In this document: positions 11,576-23,592 of the stretch, piece by piece
Position numbering within the stretch: position 1 is the stretch's first letter
How the letters are laid out: every line of letters begins with the position of its first letter
Origin: Squalus acanthias
Taxonomy: Eukaryota
DNA length: 64,000 bases
Direction: 5' to 3'
Assembly (NCBI GenBank): GCA_030390025.1
Contig: CM059432.1
Span: 112,594,001 to 112,658,000, forward strand
Position numbers and translations under genes: made by a program
The notes under the pieces: model-generated
Told to the model about the DNA's origin: nothing
What the model saw: only the letters and a program-made list of their open reading frames with translations
Databases searched by the model: none

Positions 11576-13690
11576 CCTAGAAATTGCTTACCTTAGCGCC
11601 GGCCGTTAACACTGGTTTTCTTGAAAAAATGGCAGTGGCCTTGCTTCCGGCCACTTCTGGGTTGGGACACGGCGGCCGCCATTTTAATAAGGGCCATAGC
11701 GCTGCCGTTGCCAGCGCTGGCCTCTGAAATGTAAATTAGCAGATCGTGACGTCAATCGGTGTGCAGCCCCTGACTTCACGCCATGACTGCTAACTTGGAC
11801 GTTTTCACTCATCATTATGCTAGGTCCTAAGCACGCACAGAAACGTGTGCATGAAGCAGACCTGCGGAGACGCTGTCAGCGCTTCTTAAACGGACACACA
11901 CATCTTTCAGGTAAGTTTGGATTTAAGCTTTTGGACTTTTTAAAAATATTTTGAAGTGGCTTGGTGCAGTAGATGTTGAAAGTTTTTAAAGTGTGCAAAG
12001 AGTGCTGCTGGACGCTTGCAAGGCTTTGGATGGTAAAGAAATGCCTCTGAGAAGACAGAAAATGCTGGAAATAATCAGCAGGTCAGGCAGCATCTGTGGA
12101 GAGAGAAACAAAGTTAATGGTTCAGCTCGAGGTGCTGCCTGACCTGCTGAGTATTTCCAGCATTTTCTGCTTTTATTTCAGATTTCCAGCACCCATAGTA
12201 TTTTGCCTCTGAGAAGGCCACTTGCTCACAGTCTTGGGGGCACATGGAGATGAAGCAGAGGCAGCAAAGGGGAGAAGTTGCTCGCAGAGGGAAGAGGAAG
12301 AAGCAGAAAAGGAAGATGCAGAAGACGAAGATGCAGAAGAGAAGGAAGCCGACGGAAGGATGCAACCCAAGCAGCCCCTTTCTGGCCGGGATATCCGGAA
12401 TCGAATTATCTACCTGCAGTACCAGTGACCACAACCCCAATTCCTGTTTCAACATTTGTCCCACACCTTACCTTCCCTCTGTTACTGACCATCACAGCAT
12501 CCTCTTGGCCACAATGCTGAAATAAAAGCCATCACAAAGCAAACTTTCCAATCCAACTTTATACATTTATCCATCCAATATGACATCAAGAAATCAACTA
12601 ATCACCCTTGTGCATTCCCTTAGTGACTGTATTGTGTGTGCCTTTGCCTATCCTAGGGATGTCACACAGTGCTACCCCAATGGTTGCAGCATGGCTGGTG
12701 GAAGGCTGCTGACTTTCAGTGCGGGGACACTGCAGATGGCCTTGCAAGACGACCTTGAGGAGCTGGTGACTAGGAGTGTCAAATCGACTGACGGTGTTTC
12801 TTCTTCTTCTTCTTCATCTTCACTCTCCTCTCCCTCTTCTTGGTCAACCACTGGCTTGGCAGGCTGGATTTCTAGGGTATGTGAAATGAGGAAGGCACAA
12901 GGGTAGGGTTGTGGTGAGGGGAGGGCAGGAAAGCAAGAGATACATGCTTACACCATCCACACCTTGTAAATCAGAAGATATTGTGAGATGAGGGGGAAGT
13001 GGGATGTGAGAAGTAGGATAACGTATGAGGATACCAGCATCATGTATCCTTTTAGCTCCGCCGTTGGCCAAGGGCTCAGCCATGCCCCTGCCAAGAATGG
13101 CCAGCACCGTCTCCTCCAAGGGGGCCGAGATGAAGCTAGGAATGTGAGGTGTTCCTCGTGTTTGGTACGGATTGTTGGTAGGTGGGTGATGGGGTGGGGG
13201 GATGGGGTTGTGCAATGAGCAGTGTGAGGCTACTGGTGCAGTTGGTAGGAGACGGCTTTTGAAGATGCATTCACTGACCTTGACCACTGGTCTGAGGTCA
13301 TGAAGCTTCTTTGGGCACTGGAGCCGGGTCATGGGGGAGACAATACTGGCAGTGACGGCCCCGGTGATCTGGTCCCACATCCTTCTTTCTGGAGGGCCTC
13401 CCGGCCCCTGTGGGTAGAGGACCTCTTTTGTAGTGTTGACCCCCTGTACAAAGCTGGAGTGCTGCGTGCGAGACCCTGGGTGCCCATTCCCTGGCTTGTT
13501 GAGGCATTTGTGTTAGTGCTGAAGCATTTTTGCCATTATTTTAAGAGCTAAAGACTGCCATTACGGAATTATTTTTAATGTTTATTTTTTTCAGAAGGCA
13601 GTTGAGCTCTAAGGAATAAAGACTGCCTATTTTTAAATGATTTTTATTTTTTTCATTTTAGAAGGCCGTTCCCCTTTAAGGGACTGACAC
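11576..13690. mobile_element. PIF/Harbinger element, internally deleted and truncated on the right
   Basis: Plus strand has an acidic transposase-like tail (EEEEAEKEDAEDED..RDIRNRII, 12222-12428). Minus strand has the Myb/SANT ORF MPQQAREWAPRVS..MWDQITGAVTAS..TRLQCPKKLHDL (~13275-13507). Confidence 0.75.
12055..12203. mobile_element. Penelope-like short repeat in inverted (foldback) arrangement
   Basis: 13-bp TSD TGCCTCTGAGAAG (12042-12054, 12204-12216). Positions ~12056-12092 are the near-perfect reverse complement of ~12133-12169. Same family as 38119-38248. Confidence 0.7.
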
Positions 13691-13696
13691 TAAAAA

Positions 13697-16600
13697 GGGT
13701 GGCAGCACAGTGGTGTACAGTCGGGAAGGAGTGGCCCTGGGAGTCCTCAACATTGACTCCGGACCCCATGAAGTCAAGCATGGGCAAGGAAACCTCCTGC
13801 TGATTACCACCTACCACTCTCCCTCAGCTGATGAATCAGTACTCCTCCATGTTGAACACGACTTGGAGGAAGCACTGAGAGTAGCAAGGGCACAGAATAT
13901 ACTCTAGGTGGGGGACTTCAATGTCCATCACCAAGAGTGGCTCGGTAGCACCACTACTGACCGAGCTGACCGAGTCCTGAAGGACATAGCTGCCAGTCTG
14001 GGCCTGGGACAGGTGGTGAGAGAACCAACACGAGGGAAGAACCTACTTGACCTCGTCCTCACCAATCTACCTGTCGCAGATGTATCTGTCCATGACAGCA
14101 TTGGTAGCAGTGACCACCGCACAGTCATTGTGGAGATGAAGTCCCGACTTCACACTGAAGACACCCTCCATCGTGTTGTGTAGCACCACCACCGTGCTAA
14201 ATGGGATAGATTCAGAACAGATCTAGCAGCTCAAAACTGGGCATCCATGAGGTGCTGTGGACCATCATCAGCAGCAGAATTGTATTCCACCACAATCTGT
14301 AACTTCATGGCCCGGCATATCCCTCACTCTACCATTACCATCAAGCCAGGGGACCAACCCTGTTTCAATAAGAAGTGCAGAAGAGCATGCCAGGAGCAGC
14401 ACCAGGCGTACCTAACAATCCGGTGCCAACCTGGGGAAGCTGCAACACAGGACTACATGAATGCTAAAAAGCGGAAGCAGCATGCTATAGACAGGGCTAA
14501 GCAATCCCACAATCAACGGATCAGATCAAAGCTCTGCAGTCCTGCCACATCCAGTCATGAATGGTGGTGGACCATTAAACAACTAACGGGAGGAGGAGGC
14601 TCCATGAATATCCCCATCCTCAATGATGGTGGAGCCCAGCACGTGAGTGCAAAAGACATTGCTGAAGCGTTTGCAACCATCTTCAGACAGAACTGCTGAT
14701 TGGATGATCCATATCGGCCTCCTCCTGAGGTCCCCACCACTACAGAAGGCAGTCTTCAGCCAATTCGATTCACGCTACGTGATATCAAGAAACATAAGAA
14801 CATAAGAAATAGGAGCAGGAATAGGCCACTTGGCCCCTCGAGCCTGCTCCGCCATTCAATAAGATCATGGCTGATCTTGGGCTCAAAGCCACTTCCCTGC
14901 CCACGCCCCAGAACCCTTCACTCCCTTATCTTGCAAAAATCTGTCTATCTCCACCTTAAATGTATTTAATGATCCAGCCTCCACGGCTCTCTGGGGTAGA
15001 GAATTTCACAGATTTACGACCCTCTGAGAGAAGAAATTCTTCCTCATCTCAGTTCTAAAAGGGCGACCCTTTATTCTGAAACTATGCCCCCGAGTTCTAG
15101 ATTTCCCCACGAAGGGAAACATCCTCTCTGCATCTACCTTATCGAGCTCCCTCAGTATCTTATATGTTTCAATAAGATCACCTCTCATTCTTCTAAATTC
15201 CAATGAGTATAGGCCCAACCTTCTCAACCTTTCTTCATAAGTCAACCCCCTCATCTCAGGAATCAACCGTGTGAATCATCTCAGAACTGCCTCCAATGCA
15301 AGTATATCCTTCCTTAAATAAGGAGAGCAAAACTGTACGCAGTAGACCAAAACTGTACGCAGTAGACCAAAAGGCCAACATTCCATTTGCCTTTTTGATT
15401 ACTTGCTGTACCTGCATGCTAACTTTTTGTGTTTCATGCACAAGGACCCCCAGGTCCCTCTGAACTGTAGCATTTTGTAATCTCTCTCCATTTAAATAGT
15501 AATTTGCGTTTTTATTTTTCCTGCCAAAGTGGATAACCTCGCACTTTCCCACATTATACTCCATCTGCTAAATGTTTGCCCACTCACTATATCCCTTTGC
15601 AGATTCTTTGAGTCCTCTGCACAACTTGTTTTCCCACCCATCTTTGTATCATCCGCAAACTTGGCTACATTACACTCGGTCCCTTCATCCAAGTCATTAA
15701 TATAGATTGTAAATAGTTGAGGCCCGAGCACCGATCCCTGTGGCACCCCACTAGTTACCGTTTGCCAACCGGAAAATGACCCATTTATCCCGACTCTCTG
15801 CTTTCTGTTAGTTAGCCAATTCTCTATCCATGCTAATATATTACCCCCAACTCCGTGAGCTCTTATCTTATGCAGTAACCTTTTATGTGGCACCTTATTG
15901 AATGCCTTTTGGAAATCCAAATACACCACATCCACTGGCTCACGCTTGTCCACCCTGATCGTTACATCCTCAAAGAGCTCCAGTAAATTTGTTAAACATG
16001 ATTTCCCTTTCATAAAACCATGACATAAGGACTCCAGCATTTTCCCAACGACAGATGTTAGGCTAACTGGTCTATAGTTTCCTGCTTTCTGTCTCCCTCC
16101 TTTTTTAAATAGGGGTGTTACATTTGCGGTTTTCCAATCCGCTGGGACCTCTCCAGAGTCCAGGAAATTTTGGTATATTGCAACCAATGCATCCACTATC
16201 TCTGCAGCCACTTCTTTTAAGACCCTGGAATGCAGGCCATCTGGTCCAGGGGACTTGTCATCTTTTAGTCCCATTATTTTACCAAGTAATTTTTCCTTAG
16301 TGATAGTGATTGTCTTTAGTTCCCCCTTCCCTGTGGCCCCTTGATTATCCATTATTGGGATGTTGTTAGTGTCTTCTACCGTGAAGACAGATACAAAATA
16401 TTTGTTGAGTCTCAGCCATTTCCCCGTTCCCCATTATTGATTCCCCATTCTTATCCTCTGAGGGACCAACATTTACTTTAGCTACCCTCTTCCTTTTTAT
16501 ATACCTGTAGAAGCTCTTACTTTCTGTTTTAATATTTCTTGCCAGTTTACTCTCATAATTCATCTTCTCTTTATTATTTTTTTAGTCATCCTTTGCTGGT

Positions 16601-18782
16601 TTTTAAACATTTCCCAATCCTCTGGCCTCCCACCAATCTGGGCAACATTGTACACCTTCGTTTTCAATTTGATACCATCCTTTACTTCCTTAGTTAGCCA
16701 CGGATAGTGCTCCCTTCTCTTAAAATCTTTCTTTCTCACTGGAATATATTTTTGTTGAGTTATAAAATATCTCCTTAAATGTCCGCCACTGCATTTCAAC
16801 TGTCTTACCTTTTAATTTATTTTTCCAGTCCACTTTAGCCAGTTCTGCCCTTATGCCATTGTAATTGCCTTTGTTTAAGATCAGGACACTGGTTTGAGAT
16901 ACAACTTTCTCACCCTCCAACTGAATTTGAAATTCAGTATTGTTATGATCACTCTTTCCTAGAGGATCCTTTACTATGAATTAATTTATTAATTCTGTCT
17001 CATTATACAGTACCAGATCCAAGATAGCCTGCTCCCTGGTTGGTTCCATTACATACTGTTCTAGGAAACCATCCCGGATACACTCTATGAATTCCTCCTC
17101 AAGGTTACCATGGCCAATTTGATTTGTCCAATCAATATGGAGATTAAAATCACCCATGATTATTACCATACCTTTTTTACAGGCCTCCATTATTTGTTGA
17201 TTTATACGGCTGAGTGCACTGGATACAGCAAAGGCTGTGGGCCCCGACAACATCCCGGCTGTCGTGCTGAATACTTGTGCTCCAGAACTAGCCATGCCTC
17301 CAGCCAAGCTGTTTCAGTACAGCTATAACACTGGCATCTTTCCAACAATGTGGAAAACTGCCCAGGTATGTACTGTCCATATAAAGCAGGACAAATCTAA
17401 TCCGGCCAATTACTGCCCCATCAGTCTACTCTCAATCATCAGCAAAGTGATGGAAGGTGTCGTCGACAGTGCTATCAAGCGGCACTTACCAATAACCTGC
17501 TCACTGATGCCCAGTTTGGGTTCCACCAGGACCACTCGGCTCCAGACCTCATTACAGCCTTGGTCCAAACATGGACAAAAGAGCTGAATTCCAGAGGTGA
17601 GGTGAGAGTGACTGCCCTTGACATCAAGGCAGCATTTGACCAAGTGTGGCATCAAGGAGCCCTAGTAAAACTGAAGTCAATGGGAATCGGGGGAAAAACT
17701 CTCCACTGGCTGGAGTCATACCTAGCACAAAGGAAGATGGTTGTGGTGGTTGGAGATCAATCATCACAGCCCCAGGACATCGCTGCAGGAGTTCCTCAGG
17801 GCAGTGTCTTAGGCCCAACCATCTACAGCTGCTTTATCAATGACCTTCCTTCCATCATAAGGTCAGAAGTGGGGATGTTCGCTGATGACTAAACAGTGTT
17901 CAGTGCCATTCGCAACTCCTCAGATAATGAAGCAGTCCATGCCCGCATGCAACAAGACCTGGACGACATTCAGGCTTGGGCTGATACGTGGCAGGTAACA
18001 TTTGCGCCACACAAGTGCCAGGCAATGACTATCTCCAAAAAGCGAGCGTCTAACCACCGCCCCTTGACATTCAACGGCATTACCGTCGCCGAATCCCCCA
18101 CCATCAATATCCTGGGGTCACCATTGACCAGAAACTTAACTGGACCAGCCACATAAATACTGTGGCAACAAGAGCAGGTCAGAGGCTGGGTATTCTGCAG
18201 TGAGTGTCTCACCTCCTGACTCCTCGAAGCCTTTCCACCATCGACAAAGCACAAGTCAGGAGTGTGATGGAATACTCTCCACTTGCCTGGATGAGTGCAG
18301 CTCCAACAACGCTCAAGAAGCTCGACACCATCCAAGATAAAGCAGCCCGCTTGATTGGCACCCTATCCACCACCTTAAACATTCACTCCCTCCACCACCG
18401 GCGTACCGTGGCTGCAGTGTGTACGATCTACAAGATGCACTGCAGCAACTCGCCAAGGCTTCTTCCGCAGCACCTCCCAAACCGGCGACCTCTACCCCCT
18501 AGAAGGCCAAGGTCAGCAAGCGCATGGGAACACCACCACCTCCAAGTTCCCCTCCAAGTCACACACCATCCTGACTTGGAAGTATATCGCCGTTCCTTCA
18601 TCGTCGCTGGGTCAAAATCCTGGAACTCCCTCCCTAACAGCACTGTGGGAGTACCATCACCACACGGACTGCAGCGGTTCAAGAAGGCGGCTCACCACCA
18701 CCTTCTCAAGGGCAACTAGGGATGGGCAATAAATGCTGGCCTTGCCAGCGACACCCACATCCCATGAACGAATAAAAAAAAG
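13697..18782 (+). mobile_element. CR1-group LINE of a second family (APE + RT), 5'-truncated and split by a nested CR1
   Basis: GDFNVHH..LDLVLTN..SDH (APE); [23 protein letters not shown] (RT); 3' tail GGGATGGGCAATAAATGCTGG..A-rich. Collinear with 47285-50493. Confidence 0.92.
14791..17205 (-). mobile_element. CR1 LINE, 5'-truncated, nested in the LINE at 13697-18782
   Basis: [46 protein letters not shown]; tandem AACATAAG tail. The host sequence AAGAAAC|GGCTGAG is rejoined by removing it (compare 48901-48915). Confidence 0.93.
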
Positions 18783-18899
18783 AGGAAGCTCATGTGGATC
18801 ATAAACACCGGCACAGACCAGTTGGGCCGAATAGCCTTTTTCTGTGCTGAAAATTCCATGTAATTTTATTTAAATGGTTGATGAATTTGAACGAAGAAC

Positions 18900-19430
18900 A
18901 AGTAGATGGAATTAGGGGATGAGGTCTGAAAAGTGAAGAAAAATGTTTTTAACATTTTGAAGACAGGAAAGAAGTAAGGGAAGTAAGGAGGGGCTTCCAG
19001 AGGACAGGCCCAATAAAAAGTGGCCAATGAATGGCAGAGCGTAGAGGACAGCGAACAAGTAGCAGGCGAGAGAAGTGAAGGTGAGCAGGCACATATAGCT
19101 GAAGAGGTTGTTGAGGTAAAGTGGGATGTGGCCATGGAGGCTTTTGAAGTAAAGGACAAGGAAATTGTAATAGAGGGGCAGAAGATCCTGTGGAGCCTGG
19201 TGACAACCGGAGTGATGGAAGTGTGGGATTTTGAGCGGTTTAGGATTCGAGCAACGTGATTCTGAATTAGTTTCAATTTATGGAGATTGGAAAATGGAGA
19301 GGCCAGGGAGCAGAGTATTAGAGAAATCAGACCTCGAACTGATAAAGGAATTGATTAGACATTTTGAATCTAGTCTTGGTGATGGAATGGATGTGGGGAA
19401 GAAAACTAAACTCTGGATCAAGCAACACAC
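18900..19430 (-). mobile_element. Decayed L2 LINE 3' fragment
   Basis: KLIQNHVARILNRSKSHTSITPVVTRLH resembles the L2 ORF2 C-terminal QN.AAR...ITP.L..LHWL motif. Confidence 0.65.
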
Positions 19431-19479
19431 TAATTTCAAGCTACACCACTTCCTTTCTGATCTATTCTGTCCTTCCTGA

Positions 19480-20870
19480 ACACGCTATAACCTTGCATGT
19501 TGTATTCATCTCCATCTTCTGGGGTTAGTCATGTTTCCGTTATAGTATTATACATCCTGACATTCCTATTACATCTTAATTCCCTGCTGCCACAGCAGCC
19601 TCAGGTTCAGGCATTCTTATGAATGTGTCAAGTATTCATGTATTTGCACCTTATATATTTACCATCTCTTTCTGCCTGTTATTGATAGCTAAATCCAGTA
19701 TTTCTTTTCAAGTTACTCCATTCATGTCTAACTGTTGGTCTCGTGTAGAATCCAAATTCCTCCCTTTCCTCATTGTCCTCCCCGCCAGATATATTAAATA
19801 ATTTCCAGTAGCTGATCTATATTCCTCATAAATCTCATGATTCCCAGACTATGTGCAACACTCCTGTACCAGTCACTATTTTTACAGTGATTTATTTGCA
19901 TTCTCTACAAGCAAATTCGTCACGGTAAGTTTTTGTCTTCCCCGCCTGGGCGCAAATCGCCAGCTCATTTTAGAACCTGTCCAGTTTTCATTCCATTGAT
20001 TTCAATAGAATGAAAATCGGGCCAGTTCTTCAAAAGGCGGACAGTCCGCTCTGCCAGATTACCGCCCATTCAGTGAAGACAAAAATGTACTCAAATCTTC
20101 TTTACTAAACACAGGAAATATACTAGAGACATTTCATCTGACTAAGTTTCAAGGGAATTCTTGCATATTCCTGCATTAAGAAACACTACAAGATTCCTTC
20201 CCTATGTCATTAGCTCTTCCTGGGACCAGCTCTATTAGCTCTCTTCCTGCTCCTTTCAGTTGCCTTTCTAATCTCTCCTCAAGGCTTCAGATAAACAACT
20301 TGCCATCCGAGAACTACTGTCTTTGTGACCAAAGTGGTGATCCACTTGTTTGACCAACAAACTTCCTATGACTACAGTCTGCCTGTGCCTCGCAACTATC
20401 CCTGCTTGAACGTCTCTTCCTCGACTTGTGACTGGGTGCCAGAGCCTGATGTCTTTTCATTAATGTAACTTGCTGAGTTCCTTCTTGAACTTTCTTACTT
20501 CTCCTTTTATTTTTTTCCTACCTTGCCCCATCCAGTTTCCCAGCATTTGCCAACTTAACTTGGTAACCATGTACCTCGTTATATTGATCCCCACACGACC
20601 TTTCATGACTTGCCCACCTACTTCACTGACCTGTGGCGATCACTTATAGAGTTCAGGACTTGTTACTTGGCTCTGATAAACCCTTCACATTTATTGTCCC
20701 AACGGTGTTTGATTCCTCCTCCCCAAGACCAGGAGCCTTTCCTTCAACTTGTTGATTAATAGTGCAACTGTTCATCTATTATACCTGATTCTATCCTGCA
20801 AAACATCCCACAGCAACCAAATCCCATGACCACATTTTTTACAAGATACCTGTCTGAATGATGATTTGAA
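19480..20870 (-). mobile_element. Very old CR1 (ORF1 esterase to APE) remnant with a foldback MITE at ~19924-20092
   Basis: Degenerate CR1-like segments. The central imperfect palindrome TTTTCATTCCATTGA-T-TTCAATAGAATGAAAA has GTCTTC/GAAGAC ends. Confidence 0.45.
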
Positions 20871-21091
20871 ATATCCTAAAATCTGCATTGCTGATTATGA
20901 AAAATAAATCTGCCTTTACAACTAAAAATCTGGAATTTACACTTGAAATATTATAGAATGGTACTTTACTCTGAGGCACATGAAAGCAGCACGGGGTGAT
21001 TCTCTCTTGAATTTTCTTTCCTCCCTGTGGGAAGCACCTGGATTCTGCTTGGAACCGCCTTGTAACAGGACGGGTGAAGTTGGGAACTCAC

Positions 21092-21134
21092 CACATGAGG
21101 AATTTGGGCATGAATGTTGCACAGTGTGTTGCAG
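21092..21134 (-). CDS. Candidate 43-nt internal exon
   Basis: Consensus donor GTG|GTGAGT; weak AAG acceptor; reads (S)CNTLCNIHAQIPHV; phase-compatible with 56263-56360 and 6208-6297. Confidence 0.15.
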
Positions 21135-22074
21135 CTTCAACATGCTGAATGTTCAATATATCTGAGAATTTATTCCAGCCAGGGTTTGAAATCCCTGTCC
21201 TTCCCAAGCCCAAAGGCAATGCAGTAATCTGTGCAGCACGGAAGAATAAAAGTCACCTGTCCTGGGGCATACTAGATTAAGGTTTCAGGTGCCTGGGAAT
21301 CTATGTTAGTAGTCCTGGGTTCAGCCCATAAAGGGTGTTTACTCGGTTTTATCCTGTACTTATTTCATGGAGATGGCATTACAATAGTCTTGCACTGGCG
21401 GAAAAATATTTTCACTCGCATCACTAGAATCACCCTGAAAAGCGCACATCAAGGTACATTCCATTTAAACTTAAAATTTCTACCAAACTTTTATCCTTGT
21501 AAGAGTACAAATTTTTTGTTCTGTTATAGTGGGAGTGAACTAATGTCTTGTGAAATGTCAGTTTAGAGCCTCACTTGGTGGATGCACGCATTGGGACATC
21601 ACACACCAACTGCCCGCAATTTCCTGATAAGCATGGTCAGGAGCTGAGGCCCCCTGATGGCAGCACATACCTGGAAATTTACCCCTAATATGTTGTTCAT
21701 TATTACACTAATAATGGCTTAACATTGCCCTTTTAACTCTCAGTGGTCCTGAGCCAAAAGCCTGATCCAAATAATGTAATGTTATTCCAAGAAAAGTATT
21801 AACTTTTTGTATTACTGACTAGTTTATCTTTTAGCCTTTAATTTTCATTCTTTGTCTGTCTTTTCACTTTCTATTTTTCTCATTTTTCTCTGATTTTTTT
21901 TAAATTTTGTGCATTCACAGGAATAACTCATTCTACTACCTCACCCAAGCACCTTTGCACATTTGCATTTATAATTTTGTCATCCTTTGCAGCAAGTGAG
22001 TGGGCCTTTACAATAATCTCTATCCATCAGTCCCCACCAGTTCTACTGCTGCTGCATTGTTTTGCTTCACACAT

Positions 22075-23143
22075 GAATCGGGGGGAAAACGCTCCACTGG
22101 CTGGAGTCATACCTAGCACAAAGGATATAGTTGTGGTTGAAGGTCAATCATCACAGCCCCAGGACATCGCTGCAGGAGTTCCTCAGGGCAGTGTCCTAGG
22201 CCCAACCATCTTCAGCTGCTTCATCAATGACCTTCCCTCCAACATAAGGTCAGAAATAGGGATGTTCGCTGATGACTGTACAGTGTTCAGCGCCATTCAC
22301 AACTCCTCAGATAATGAAGCAGTCCATGCCCGCATGCAACAAGACCTGGATGACGTTCAGGCTTGGGCTGATAAGTGGCAGGTAACATTCGCGCCACAGA
22401 AATGCCAGGCAATGACTATCTCCAACAAGCGAGAGTCTAACCACCTCCACTTGACATTCAACGGCATTACCATCACCGAATCCCCCACCATCAACATCCT
22501 GGGGGTCACCATTGACCAGAAACTTAACTGGACCAGCCACATAAATACTGTGGCAACAAGAGCAGGTCAGAGGCTAGGTATTCTGCAGCGAGTGTCTCAC
22601 CTCCTGACTCCCCAAAGCCTTTCCACCATCTACAAGGCACAAGTCAGGAGTGTGATGGAATTCTCTCCACTTGCCTGGATGAGTGCAGCTCCAACAACAC
22701 TCAAGAAGCTCGACACCATCCAGGACAAAGCAGCCCACTTGCTTGGCACCCCATCCACCACCTTAAACATTCACAACCTCCACCACCGGCGTACCGTGGC
22801 TGCAGTGTGTACCATCTACAACATTCACTGCAGCAACTCGCCAAGGCTTCTTCGGCAGCCCCTCCCAAACCCGCGACCTCTACCACCTAGAAGGACAAGG
22901 GTAGCAGGCGCATGGGAACATCACCAGCTCCAAGTTCCCCTCCAAGTCACACACCATCCCGACTTAGAAGTATATCGCCGATCCTTCACCGTTACCTAAC
23001 AACACTGTGGGAGTACCTTCACCACACGGACTGCAGCGGTTCAAGGCGGCGGCTCACCACCACCTTCTCAAGGGCAATTAGGGATGGGCAATAAATGCTG
23101 GTCTTGCCAGCGACGGCCACATCCCATAAACAAATTTAAAAAA
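22075..23143 (+). mobile_element. 5'-truncated copy of the second LINE family (RT C-terminal half and tail)
   Basis: ORF 21977-22999 contains [25 protein letters not shown]; possible TSD ACATGA (22071-22076, 23143-23148). Confidence 0.9.
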
Positions 23144-23194
23144 CATGATCGCAATATCTAATGATCGCTTCAAATGGAATAGAATAGTGCACTT

Positions 23195-23592
23195 AGGAAC
23201 ATAGGAACAGGAGTAGGCCATTCAGCCCCTCAAGCCTGTTCCGCCATTCAGTTAGATCATTGCTGATCTGTATTATAACTCCATCTACCCGCCTTGGTTC
23301 CATATCCCTTAATACCCTTGTGTAACAAAAATCATATCAATCTCAGTTTTGAAATTTTCAATTGATCCCCAGCAACGACAGTGTCTTGGAGGAGTGAGTT
23401 CCAGATTTCCACTACCCTTTGTGTGAAGAAGTGTTTCTCAACATCACCCCTGAACAGCTTGACTTTAATTTTAAGGTTATGCTCCCTTGTTCTGGACTCG
23501 CGGACCAGAGGAAATAGTTTCTCTCTATCTACCCTATCAAATCCTTTAATCATCTTAAACACCTCAATTAGATCACCCTTTAATCTTCTATA
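23195..23592 (-). mobile_element. CR1 3' end
   Basis: FKMIKGFDRVDREKLFPL..FFTQRVVEIWNSL; tail repeat AGGAACATAGGAACAGG. Confidence 0.88.

Noticed and set aside
12222..12525. Acidic/basic low-complexity ORFs as a host gene
   Set aside because: They lie inside a Harbinger derivative and match the transposase acidic tail; the other frames are shadows.
21977..22075. N-terminus of the 340-aa ORF as a novel RT fusion protein
   Set aside because: It is a non-ATG start in flanking DNA read into a 5'-truncated LINE, and the RT lacks its N-terminal motifs.
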